Origin: a virus
Taxonomy: Duplodnaviria; Caudoviricetes
Virus record (IMG/VR): IMGVR_UViG_3300023218_000062
Length of the DNA: 64,000 nucleotides
Reading direction: 5' to 3' (one strand)
The position numbers were made by a program, and so were the translations under genes. This document shows, piece after piece, positions 30,900-40,247 of the stretch. The notes beneath the pieces are model-generated. The model saw only the letters and a list, made by a program, of their open reading frames with translations. It was not told the DNA's origin and did no database searches. Each line of letters begins with the position of its first letter. Position 1 is the first letter of the stretch.

Positions 30900-33436
30900 A
30901 CGATTTGATTCAATCCATTTAAAAATTCTTGGTAAATTACAGCAGTAGCTGTTAATTCACTATAATCGAAGTTGTTTACCTGACCTTGGTCATCTTGTAC
31001 TAGTTTATTTAAACTATTAATTGTTCTAGAATGATCTGCAAGTTCATTTTGTAGCTCTACTAATGGTTCTAAATCTTCAAAACCTATATTAGCATTATGT
31101 GAATCTACTAAACCATTATATTCTTTTATCTCATCCCGAAAACTATTTATATTTAGAGTATATCTCTCTATTTCGGCTCCATTATCTGTTACTGTTGCAC
31201 TCGCTAAATTAGACAATGCAAAGTTGATTTCTTCAATTATGTCTTTAATTTGATCAACTGCAGATTCAAATGCATTTTCGCCTGTAGCAACCCCGGAGGT
31301 TAAATTGTTTAATGATCTATCTAGTTTATCTTTATGCCGCTCTGCCCAATCTTTGAAATTATTAAGTGTCCAACCACCTAGATCTGCATTTATAGTACCA
31401 AATAAATTTGTTGGTATGGGATTGAAACTGTCTATGTTTAATGGGTCTGCAACATTAATACAAAAATCAAAATTAAATTCAGGTAGATTAATTGCAGAAA
31501 GTTGTAAGCTAGGTGGTTGTGGAAACTGTGGAAGCGATGGTATAACAAAACCATCTGGTAAAGGGTTAAGCCATTTATCTACCATAGTTTGTAGACTCTG
31601 TTGAGTAGTAAACATGAAATCATTCACATTAGTTTCTATTTGTTCTAAGCTCTTGTTAATGTCGGAAATACGGGTGTCTAATTTTCCTGTTGTGTCGCTT
31701 ATTCCATTTTGTACTTTCATTAACATTTCATTAACAGCATCCATTTTTATTTCACTCTCATCAAAAGACACATTCACACCACCATCTATTCTTAAGCATT
31801 GGCTGGAGAGCAGTTCTCCATCAATGCCCGGTTCTCCATCTATTACTTCGAACCCTGTATACACTTGTTGTGCTATTTCTTTGCTACTCTGCATTACCGC
31901 TTGTCCAACGGTAAATATGTTTATGGCGGGGTTCCTCATTGTTATCTGATTCTGTCCCGCATTAGATTTTAGTTTCATATTCTTCTCTAGAGCTTCTAAT
32001 GTCATATCACCTTCAAATGACTTTAATGACATTTCTAATTGTGAACCTATATCAACTTTTCCTGTATATGAATATATTTCAGTATCATTTACAGCTTGTA
32101 TTATATTATCATCACCTGAAAATATAGATGTATCACCTGAAGCATTATGATAATAATCCCCCTCTATAGCTATATTATAATTGCCGTCATTTATAACAAA
32201 ATCTATTCCGGATTCTACTTGAGTTTTAAGTCTATCTCCAACACTTATAAAAGAACTCTTCCCTATTTCTATGAAGTTATCTTCTTGCACTAACCCCCTT
32301 AAATTCTTTTCCACCATTAAATGTGTGTCGCCCGTTGAATGTAAACGTATTTCACCATCTTTGGGCTTTTCATCTTCGAGTTTTTCTTGTCCCTCTGTAT
32401 CACCAGAGTACATGTATATTCCCTTTTTAGCCTTTACTCGAAAGGATTCATCTGTAGAAAAGTTTATGTCTTTTTCAGCATGTGCAGAAATGCGCCTTTT
32501 AGAATATATGTCTATATTTCCATTACTATCAAATTCTATGAAATTATTTCCTTCATTAGTTGAAAGATATATTCTTTCATTAGTATCATCAAATATTAAT
32601 TGGTGTCCCGTTGACGACCGTATTCGTATTCTATTATTGTATGCTCTATCATCCATGGATAGAGCATGAAATCCCGGCGTAGACAATCCGTACACTTTTG
32701 ATGCCATAAAGGCCCCGAGCGCTTTATTAGATGACCAATCATAACCATGCGAACCTAATATATCTCTAACCCATTCATCACGTTCTTCAGGTGCGATGTT
32801 TGGATATTGTTCATCTATATAATCCTCTAAACCTTCTGCTGGTATAGATATATCTTTTGGAATGGCACATGCTTGATATTCTGCTTGTCTCGTCTTCCAC
32901 TCTCTAGATTCTTTATCATTCTCAAAGGCGGTGCTAGCGTTTGTATAATACGGTTCTATAGGATCACATGTTGAAGATAATGGACCATCTGGCTCTCCGG
33001 CCGGACTTTCCCATTTATATCGCCCATGCATTAATGTATGTGTTTCTTGGTGACTAGGTATACAACCCAGCCATACTCTACGTCTTTCATCACCATCTAT
33101 TTTAGCTACAAGGACTACTGCTCCTTGTTCTGGTATTCCCCAAAATCCGTATGACACTGCCCCCTTTGTATTTTCTAGACCTTTACCTGCACCTCTAGTG
33201 AAACTAGAGTTTGATACTGTACCGGCTAGCGGGGATGCACATACGGCCCACGGAAGATGATGTAATTTTTTAGGACTATCATTAAGATTAGGACAATATA
33301 TTCGCAACCTTCCATTTTGTAATGGATCATCCGTATCTACAACCACACCTAGAGTTATAGAATCATGTGCAAGAGTGCCTCTACCTGCATCTAATTGTTT
33401 ATTTACAATGTCTATTAATGTTTTAGAATCTAACAT
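30896..33436 (-). CDS. gp5: Baseplate central spike (gp5/VgrG-like; no lysozyme domain seen)
   Basis: OB-fold GVVVDTDDPLQNGRLRIYCP..LPWA..IPEQGAVVLV; beta-helix GHQLIFDD..NFIEFDSNGNIDIYS; long helical C-terminal extension. Confidence 0.85.
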   Translation of the reverse strand: MLDSKTLIDIVNKQLDAGRGTLAHDSITLGVVVDTDDPLQNGRLRIYCPNLNDSPKKLHHLPWAVCASPLAGTVSNSSFTRGAGKGLENTKGAVSYGFWGIPEQGAVVLVAKIDGDERRRVWLGCIPSHQETHTLMHGRYKWESPAGEPDGPLSSTCDPIEPYYTNASTAFENDKESREWKTRQAEYQACAIPKDISIPAEGLEDYIDEQYPNIAPEERDEWVRDILGSHGYDWSSNKALGAFMASKVYGLSTPGFHALSMDDRAYNNRIRIRSSTGHQLIFDDTNERIYLSTNEGNNFIEFDSNGNIDIYSKRRISAHAEKDINFSTDESFRVKAKKGIYMYSGDTEGQEKLEDEKPKDGEIRLHSTGDTHLMVEKNLRGLVQEDNFIEIGKSSFISVGDRLKTQVESGIDFVINDGNYNIAIEGDYYHNASGDTSIFSGDDNIIQAVNDTEIYSYTGKVDIGSQLEMSLKSFEGDMTLEALEKNMKLKSNAGQNQITMRNPAINIFTVGQAVMQSSKEIAQQVYTGFEVIDGEPGIDGELLSSQCLRIDGGVNVSFDESEIKMDAVNEMLMKVQNGISDTTGKLDTRISDINKSLEQIETNVNDFMFTTQQSLQTMVDKWLNPLPDGFVIPSLPQFPQPPSLQLSAINLPEFNFDFCINVADPLNIDSFNPIPTNLFGTINADLGGWTLNNFKDWAERHKDKLDRSLNNLTSGVATGENAFESAVDQIKDIIEEINFALSNLASATVTDNGAEIERYTLNINSFRDEIKEYNGLVDSHNANIGFEDLEPLVELQNELADHSRTINSLNKLVQDDQGQVNNFDYSELTATAVIYQEFLNGLNQIV

Positions 33437-33439
33437 ACG

Positions 33440-35323
33440 TTAAACCAATATATCCGTTCTTAGCAGAGTTAATTTTTGGAATAGTGCCCCAGCTTTTATT
33501 ATATTTTCTATTTTATATATATGCATCCATTCTTTATGGTAAAATGCATCATCAGTAATAGTATCATTATCTTCTATGGGTTTATGCTGTATTATTATTT
33601 TTGCATATATGGGGAGAACTTCTGGTAGTCTATAATGTACAGCATTACCTTCTTCACCATTGGCAACATCTTTCGGAGATCTAAATAAATCTGACAGTAG
33701 ATTAGGATTCCCCCGTATAGTTATCTCTATTGTAGATTGTTGTGTATTTTGTATTGGATACTTTGTTTTTATAGTATCTGCTAATTCCCTAGGGTATTCT
33801 ACCCCGAGGGTTTTTATATTCAATATATTTGCACGATTTCCACTATATCCAACTTTAAAAAACTCTGTATTAGGTTCACGTTCTGCGCTAATAGTCTCTC
33901 TTTCTGCACCGAATGATAATCTTCCTGCTTCGGTGTCAATAACATCTTCGATTACAAGTAAAGAATTTGATCTCTGGAGTGTTCCATTGACTGTTATTAA
34001 ATCATCTCTATTTACCATATTGCTATTTTCAGAAGAATCATTGGTTTCAAAATTTTCTGAACCTTCAGATTGGTCCGCATTACCTGCACCTTTGAAAAAA
34101 AACGTAAACGGCTCCTTAGACGATTCTGCTGCATAGCCACTGTTAAAACCATCGACCTTATTTTTTGGTAAAAAATAATTTTTAATCCATATATCATATT
34201 TTATTTCATCTAACAATCTTCTCCATGTCAATCCGACTTTGTAATCTTTTTTTGCACCTTCTCCAGTGGTTCCTCCCCTAGCCTGTATACCGATCTGTCT
34301 GGAATATCCCATTATTCTGTCTATTGTATCCTGAATATTCTCCCCATATCTTGTTGGAATTACTCTCACCCCAGAAATATTTTGCCTTTGTTCGGGTTGT
34401 TCAAAAGGCAAATTTCTATTGTCTATGATCAATGGTTCATATTGTTCATCGACGTGTACTTTATATTGTATAGGTAATTTTTCTGCTTTTATTTGTTCAA
34501 TATCTTTTATCTTATCTGTGAAGTCATCTCTAATAATACCTTGCCATATTTGGTATTGCTTATCATGTATCTTATTATTCTCGTTTAATTCTAATTCAAA
34601 GGCTTCAAAGGCTTGTTTTAAATTCGTCATTGGTTTACTTTTTTCTATTCTTTCCTTTCTTTTACCCTCTTTTTCAGAATCTTCTTCTTTTCTAGATTTT
34701 ATAGAATTACCTTTCGGATTTGATTCAGGAATCTCTTCATGTAATTGTCCGTCTTTATGGGTGATAGTTGTGTTATATATTCTTGTATAACTTGTATAGT
34801 GTGCTTTTGCATTATATAAAGGTATTACATCACAATCGTAAAAATGCATGTTCCCTGCTAATTTATGTTCTATTTGTGAGATAGAAAAGAATAATGGGTT
34901 TGGTGATATAATTTCATTATCATTTTTATCTGTTATAAAGAATAATTGCATGGAAAATGTTATATTTTCCAATGAAGTGCTTAATATCTCTAAAACATTT
35001 TGCTTTAGAAATGTCAAAAATTCGCCAGAGGTGGTATCCGTTATGATCAGACTACCACCAGAAACGGTGGTATTGACATGTTCTCCAGTCCAATTAAAAT
35101 CAAAACGAAAATCTTTTACTAAAAATCTACTGGGTGCCGTTTCCTTTTTTATGTAGTCATTTACGACTACTATACCTTTACCTCCACCAATGCTTTCACC
35201 CTCTGGACCGTCTTCAAGAGACAGTGGCGTATTCTCTGCATCATCGGTTTTGGCAAACGCAGCAATCACAAAATAAGTTGTATAACTGTTTGGTGATTCT
35301 AATGGATTGGTTGGTAAAGACAT
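33440..35323 (-). CDS. Putative baseplate hub protein
   Basis: Position between gp53 and gp5; C-terminal ITIRGNP motif typical of hub proteins. Confidence 0.55.
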   Translation of the reverse strand: MSLPTNPLESPNSYTTYFVIAAFAKTDDAENTPLSLEDGPEGESIGGGKGIVVVNDYIKKETAPSRFLVKDFRFDFNWTGEHVNTTVSGGSLIITDTTSGEFLTFLKQNVLEILSTSLENITFSMQLFFITDKNDNEIISPNPLFFSISQIEHKLAGNMHFYDCDVIPLYNAKAHYTSYTRIYNTTITHKDGQLHEEIPESNPKGNSIKSRKEEDSEKEGKRKERIEKSKPMTNLKQAFEAFELELNENNKIHDKQYQIWQGIIRDDFTDKIKDIEQIKAEKLPIQYKVHVDEQYEPLIIDNRNLPFEQPEQRQNISGVRVIPTRYGENIQDTIDRIMGYSRQIGIQARGGTTGEGAKKDYKVGLTWRRLLDEIKYDIWIKNYFLPKNKVDGFNSGYAAESSKEPFTFFFKGAGNADQSEGSENFETNDSSENSNMVNRDDLITVNGTLQRSNSLLVIEDVIDTEAGRLSFGAERETISAEREPNTEFFKVGYSGNRANILNIKTLGVEYPRELADTIKTKYPIQNTQQSTIEITIRGNPNLLSDLFRSPKDVANGEEGNAVHYRLPEVLPIYAKIIIQHKPIEDNDTITDDAFYHKEWMHIYKIENIIKAGALFQKLTLLRTDILV

Positions 35324-35698
35324 TTACTGTATTGGTTCTCTTCGTATGTTTCTATTTACTAGTGAAGATAATGTGCGATCTACTGATGGTAATACTATTT
35401 CTTTGCCTGTCACAAATTCTTCTTCTAAATCTACTATATTATTATATTGCAATATTAACCAAAATAGATTTGGTCTCTTATATACTCTAAATGCCAATAG
35501 GTCGGGTCGGCCAGAAAAAATTTCAGGAATTTTTATTCGTATGTCAGTAGAAGTATCCTTGCGCAAATCCCTGCGCTCCCACCAACCTAATTTATCACCT
35601 TTAATTTCGGTAGTTCCTCCGTTTAACATTCTAGAGTTTCGTTTGGCTAAGGATGTTTTATCTTTGAATAATTTAAATCTGTTATTTTTACCAGCCAC
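35324..35698 (-). CDS. gp53: Baseplate wedge protein (T4 gp53-like, LysM-like)
   Basis: GRPDLLAFRVYKRPNLFWLILQYNNIVD...TGKEIVLPS. Confidence 0.85.
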   Translation of the reverse strand: MAGKNNRFKLFKDKTSLAKRNSRMLNGGTTEIKGDKLGWWERRDLRKDTSTDIRIKIPEIFSGRPDLLAFRVYKRPNLFWLILQYNNIVDLEEEFVTGKEIVLPSVDRTLSSLVNRNIRREPIQ

Positions 35699-36398
35699 CT
35701 AGTGTACCCGCCCTGAATTTGGTTATGTCAAATTCTCTCATCTCCTCGATTGACCTAGCTTCTTTTAATGTAACTGATACTGGCCAAATTATAGGAACAT
35801 CATATTTATTATCATTCGTTCTTATGTAATCCACATCTTCTGGCTCTTCAATGTTTAAACTCACTATCCTTACTTTTATTTTATTAAACCAATCACCCAA
35901 CCCCGTCAATGTTAATCTCGACGGCGTTTGTGTTGCATTTAGCTGGCCCCCACTCTGCTCGGGCATCCTCCACCCTCTCAATCGTTGCACATACTTCCAA
36001 TTTTTAGTTGCTTCGGCGTTAGATCTAGATACAAATCTTCCGTTTATAGAAAATTCTCTACTAGGAGTTCCCATGTATATCAGCATATTGGCGGCTTGTC
36101 TTATATCGCCAATTTCAAAATAGGATACGCTACCTGATTCTGATACTGTAGGTTGAACCTCGAATATGACATCTCCTGTTTTTTCACCTATTACCTGTTC
36201 TATTGTAGTTGTATTTTCTATCAAAATTCCTCTTCTATTAGGATCACCGGGTAATTCGGGCGCAAATGATTGGGGGCCGTCAATCGCCGTGGTGCTCGTA
36301 GTAGTAACCTCCCTTGTGGTACCAGTGCTTTCGTCAATATCATTTCCAGTTAATATTATTCTCCTATTTTTTGGAATTATTGATTTGTTTGCAGCCAT
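35688..36398 (-). CDS. Putative tail tube initiator / baseplate protein (gp48-like)
   Basis: FEVQPTVSESGSV.Y, YMGTPSREFSINGRF, VPIIWPVSVTLKE; first gene of the baseplate operon. Confidence 0.55.
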   Translation of the reverse strand: MAANKSIIPKNRRIILTGNDIDESTGTTREVTTTSTTAIDGPQSFAPELPGDPNRRGILIENTTTIEQVIGEKTGDVIFEVQPTVSESGSVSYFEIGDIRQAANMLIYMGTPSREFSINGRFVSRSNAEATKNWKYVQRLRGWRMPEQSGGQLNATQTPSRLTLTGLGDWFNKIKVRIVSLNIEEPEDVDYIRTNDNKYDVPIIWPVSVTLKEARSIEEMREFDITKFRAGTLGGW

Positions 36399-36423
36399 AA
36401 GTTTATTTTAATATTGTATAACA

Positions 36424-36477
36424 TATTTATCCTAATATTTAATTTCTATTTTCAACTTTTAATTAAAAGAATAAATA
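36424..36477. promoter_or_regulatory. Divergent late promoters
   Basis: GATAAATA on minus (36424-36431, 26 nt before 36398); AATAAATA on plus (36470-36477, 29 nt before 36506). Confidence 0.6.
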
Positions 36478-36505
36478 GTTTCACCTTAAATAATAAACAA
36501 CTAAT

Positions 36506-37483
36506 ATGGAAAACCATACACAACAACAAAACAACCCTCTTATAGAAAAAAATAGGGCTGCGATCCCCGGAGTAGTATTCCGCCTTCCGTCTAGAGGAAA
36601 AATATATGATGAGGGCGTTTTAGCTGATAATGTAGAAGATGGCGAAGTAGTAGTTTATTCAATGAGGCTAAGAGAAGAACTGAAAATGAAATCAGTAGAT
36701 TCAATTCTACAGGGAACTGCAGTTTCGGAATCTATTCAATATTGCGTCCCTGAAGTTATTGATCCACTAAAATTATGTCCTGAAGATGTGGATTATTTGA
36801 TAACTGCCATTAAAAAGATGACTCACGGTAGTAATTTCAAATATAAAAATCATTGTATGAAATTGGATGATCAAGATAACGAGTCCAGCCCGGACAATGC
36901 ATTAAATGAAATGAGTGAAACTGCTAGAACTGAAAATATTAAACTCCCTGAAAATGAAAACAAGTCCACAGAAAAAGCGGAAAACAAAATAGAGAGTAAT
37001 ATAAACAATTTAGGGGAAAATAGTGATATATGTGAATTCAATATATCTTTGGATTTCTTTTTGAATAATGCTAAAGAGTTAAACCTTGAAGAATATCAAG
37101 AAAAAAATCGTTTAGATCTCAATAATTTCTGTATAGAGTTCCATCCTATTACGTTCAAGGATTTCAAAGAGCTTAACACTCTTAATCTTCAAGATCAGGA
37201 AAATATGACCGATGAAGAATACTTCAATTTTGTTAATGAATTTAGTAATATCAATATTTCAAGAAGAATAAAAAAGGTTGACGACATCACAGATTCACAA
37301 ATGATACATGAATGGGTAGAAACCTTGTCATTAGCTGATAGAGAAAAAATATTTAATAAAATTGCCGAGCTTCAGGACTGGGGTATTGATTTTAAATATA
37401 ATATCAAATGTGAAAAATGTGGAAAAACTAAACAGACGGATCAAACTTATATTAATCCTTTGTATTTTTTTTTAACATATTAA
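36506..37483 (+). CDS. Baseplate hub assembly protein (T4 gp26-like)
   Basis: FRLPSRGKIY, EVVVYSMRLREE, DVDYLITAIKKMTHG, C-terminal CEKC. Confidence 0.75.
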   Translation: MENHTQQQNNPLIEKNRAAIPGVVFRLPSRGKIYDEGVLADNVEDGEVVVYSMRLREELKMKSVDSILQGTAVSESIQYCVPEVIDPLKLCPEDVDYLITAIKKMTHGSNFKYKNHCMKLDDQDNESSPDNALNEMSETARTENIKLPENENKSTEKAENKIESNINNLGENSDICEFNISLDFFLNNAKELNLEEYQEKNRLDLNNFCIEFHPITFKDFKELNTLNLQDQENMTDEEYFNFVNEFSNINISRRIKKVDDITDSQMIHEWVETLSLADREKIFNKIAELQDWGIDFKYNIKCEKCGKTKQTDQTYINPLYFFLTY

Positions 37484-37515
37484 AAACCCGTAATCAGGAA
37501 CAAATATCAAAATAT

Positions 37516-37722
37516 ATGTACGCATTACGGAAGGGTAGTAAAAATCTTATACAGAGTGCTATACACATTTCGTATTTTATGCGGGGTAGTATTCAATATG
37601 AGGATGTTCTAGAAAGAACCTTTTTTGAACGAAATGAAATGATTAACTATATCAATGACAGGATAAAAAATGAATCACAAAAATACAAAGAAAGCAAAGG
37701 ACAGCTTCCACCCATATACTAA
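37516..37722 (+). CDS. Baseplate hub assembly catalyst (T4 gp51-like)
   Basis: Small ORF after the gp26-like gene; YFMRGSIQYEDVLERTFFERNEMINYI. Confidence 0.65.
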   Translation: MYALRKGSKNLIQSAIHISYFMRGSIQYEDVLERTFFERNEMINYINDRIKNESQKYKESKGQLPPIY

Positions 37723-38419
37723 TATAGTTTCGATAGATCCATCTACTATATGTTCTGGAGTTTGTGTTAATGGAAAATTATATACAGTTACCCAACATCA
37801 GGTTGCATATACTAAAAACGATAGACTAAAGCGCTGGTTTGAGAGTTCTTCGTCTGTATGTGACATAATAACTTATCCCGCTAGAATAAAAACTGATACT
37901 TATTCAAATGAAGAAATATCCAAACTTAGCTATTATTCCAATATATCCAGTATTATTATAAATGCTATAGCTTCTAATATATCTGATCCTAGAAAGACGA
38001 TAGTGTTATTGGAAGGCTATAGTTATAGTTCTAGGGCCGGGCATTTAATTGATTTAGTAGGGGTTTCTACACTTATACGTCTAGAGTTATTAAATCTAGA
38101 ATACAATATAAGAATAGTAGCTCCTAGTGAGTTAAAGATGATGTCAGCAAAGTTGAGTTATGATCCTATAAATGTTGGAAAAAGAAAACCTAAATTAGAA
38201 TGGAGAAATAAAAAAGGGGTGTCTGGTGGTTCATTTGATAAACATGACATGTTCAATGCAATACTGGATAGCAAACATACTACATCACCGTGGAAAGATT
38301 TTTTGAAAAGTTCGGCAGACGATATATTATCGATGAAATCTATCCCCAAACCTATTGAAGATGTTAATGACGCTTTTTTATTATATAAAATATGCGAAAA
38401 TGATATTATATATTACTAA
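37670..38419 (+). CDS. RuvC-like (RNase H fold) Holliday junction resolvase
   Basis: IVSIDPS, VLLEGYSY, KHDM, IEDVNDAF acidic catalytic set. Confidence 0.8.
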   Translation: MNHKNTKKAKDSFHPYTNIVSIDPSTICSGVCVNGKLYTVTQHQVAYTKNDRLKRWFESSSSVCDIITYPARIKTDTYSNEEISKLSYYSNISSIIINAIASNISDPRKTIVLLEGYSYSSRAGHLIDLVGVSTLIRLELLNLEYNIRIVAPSELKMMSAKLSYDPINVGKRKPKLEWRNKKGVSGGSFDKHDMFNAILDSKHTTSPWKDFLKSSADDILSMKSIPKPIEDVNDAFLLYKICENDIIYY

Positions 38420-38724
38420 TTTAAATCGTTGCTACTAACCTGAAGCTTCTTAAGATGATCTAACATTTCTTCTAAGGTTTCAATTGATGTATATATACTC
38501 GCTTGAACTTTCCTGTCCTTTAAACTAGATTTCAGTTGATGATCATCTAAAGCATAATTACTACTCAAAAGGTCGTGTAATTTTATTATTGGAAGCGTTA
38601 TTGTATTCCTGAAATGATGTTCTGTAGAGTTATAATCCGTCTCAGTAATCATTCCGGCATACTTTTTTAACCATGACTTTGTTTCTTCATCCAATTTATT
38701 CATACTATTTCCTGTGTAAACCAT
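38416..38724 (-). CDS. Hypothetical protein (likely start ATG 38703)
   Basis: The second Met has a GGA upstream and lies 29 nt from TATAAATA at 38732-38739. Confidence 0.6.
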   Translation of the reverse strand: MVYTGNSMNKLDEETKSWLKKYAGMITETDYNSTEHHFRNTITLPIIKLHDLLSSNYALDDHQLKSSLKDRKVQASIYTSIETLEEMLDHLKKLQVSSNDLN

Positions 38725-38731
38725 TTTAATA

Positions 38732-38786
38732 TATTTATATTATAGATTAATTAAGAACAAAATCTTGGTTGTTTTTCTGATAAATA
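38732..38786. promoter_or_regulatory. Divergent late promoters
   Basis: TATAAATA on minus (38732-38739); GATAAATA on plus (38779-38786, 27 nt before the ATG at 38813). Confidence 0.6.
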
Positions 38787-38812
38787 ATCTCATATTGATT
38801 ATCAAATTAAAA

Positions 38813-40150
38813 ATGAAAATACAAAATATATTTCAACTAGTAGAGCAGACTCTTATTGAAATCTCGAAATATGGTGGAGAATCTGCTACTCATATGACTG
38901 ATAACGATTATCAAAGAGTTAAACAATTTCTGGGTAAGGTATTAGAAAAAATTCGCACAGAAAGTGATACTAATAGTATGCACCTTAAAAATTTAGCTGC
39001 TGCTCTGCAAAGTATTAGAAATGAATCAGCAGAAAAATATATGTTTGGTATATCATCATCTATTAAAAAATCAGCCGCCAATTCAGCCGATAGAGAGGAT
39101 GATGAAAAAAGGATACCTGCATTTTCAGGGCCAGAAGAAAAGTGGAGATCCATTGGTACACGACAGGCAGAAAATGTGGCATTAGTAGCTGATGTATTAG
39201 ACGACATGGGGTACGCCAACAAAGATTATGAGAGAGAAACTTTTAGAATTATTGATAGTCCGGCCATTGCTAGGATACGAGATATAGTCCGTACTGGCTT
39301 TGATAATGGAATGTCTACTGTAGATCAAGCATATAAAAAATTTGATGATCTTAAACATATTTATTCCGGAAAATCAGAACATCGCTTACAACCAGAGGAA
39401 GAACAATTATATGACCAAGCTGCCGTTAAAGAAATAACACCCAACGTAATGTCATTTTTAGCACAAATCATAAAAAAGAGAAAAAAAGGTGAAAAATGGC
39501 ACGAACATATAGATCCTCGTAATTATGAAAACGTCCGAGATAAAACCATAGGATACTTTACATATGATCCACATGAGGCTGCAGAAGATTTAATAAAGTT
39601 GAATTTAGCTATAAAAACTAAATCTGGTACATATACTCTGAATAGGGAAGGAATCAAAAAAACAGTAAAAGATTTTATAGAAACTGCCGAATCTTTGTTA
39701 TCCGGAGCAACATTGGTTGACCCAAGAAATAAAACCGGAGCACCCGGAGAAAATGAACGAAAAGTTCGAAACGTTATAGAATTCACCAAAAAACATTTTT
39801 CGGACAGAGTGTGGGATATGGCACAAAAAAATGTTTTCGAACTTATGCGAAACTTAGATGGGTCTGTAAAGAGTGCTTTAAGATTTTATATACAAACCAA
39901 AGACGAAATTGCTTCTAATACTGATACTCAAATAACAAGACACCAAAGAAATGTTGAAAGAACTATCATAGGAACCGTAATAGATTTTGCAACAGCTAAG
40001 TTTATTTTACGTAAAATGTTGTTTGATGCATCAGCAGTACTTGGTAAACCCAAGAAAAATGTCCCTAAAAATTTCGTCTTCCCCAAAGATGTTGCACTTG
40101 CTGGAAGAGCATATAGTAGAGGAGATCATAAAAGTAAATCCAGAGTTTAA
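38813..40150 (+). CDS. Hypothetical late protein, possibly an internal head protein
   Basis: The ORF track starts at TTG 38765, but ATG 38813 fits the late promoter; N-terminus MKIQNIFQLVE. Confidence 0.7.
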   Translation: MKIQNIFQLVEQTLIEISKYGGESATHMTDNDYQRVKQFLGKVLEKIRTESDTNSMHLKNLAAALQSIRNESAEKYMFGISSSIKKSAANSADREDDEKRIPAFSGPEEKWRSIGTRQAENVALVADVLDDMGYANKDYERETFRIIDSPAIARIRDIVRTGFDNGMSTVDQAYKKFDDLKHIYSGKSEHRLQPEEEQLYDQAAVKEITPNVMSFLAQIIKKRKKGEKWHEHIDPRNYENVRDKTIGYFTYDPHEAAEDLIKLNLAIKTKSGTYTLNREGIKKTVKDFIETAESLLSGATLVDPRNKTGAPGENERKVRNVIEFTKKHFSDRVWDMAQKNVFELMRNLDGSVKSALRFYIQTKDEIASNTDTQITRHQRNVERTIIGTVIDFATAKFILRKMLFDASAVLGKPKKNVPKNFVFPKDVALAGRAYSRGDHKSKSRV

Positions 40151-40151
40151 A

Positions 40152-40190
40152 TTGACAACTCCCTTCCCTCCCTGAAGGAAGAGATCTTCT
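40152..40190 (-). mobile_element. Solo IS200/IS605-like right-end hairpin
   Basis: Minus strand AAGATCTCTTCCTTCAGGGAGGGAAGGGAGTTGTCAA: imperfect hairpin ending in GTCAA, like IS605-family right ends. Confidence 0.5.
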
Positions 40191-40214
40191 TTGCTTTTTT
40201 GATAACTACAAAAC

Positions 40215-40245
40215 TTGACACACCTATCTCAAGCATGTATAAATA
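40215..40245 (+). promoter_or_regulatory. Overlapping sigma70 and late promoter with no downstream ORF
   Basis: TTGACA (40215-40220)-17 bp-TATAAA, the -10 box being part of TATAAATA (40238-40245). Confidence 0.75.
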
Positions 40246-40247
40246 AT

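Noticed and set aside
38765-38812. Track start sites at 38765, 38724 and 54100
   Set aside because: They overlap or abut the late promoter boxes; downstream ATGs at 38813, 38703 and 54130 fit the usual spacing.
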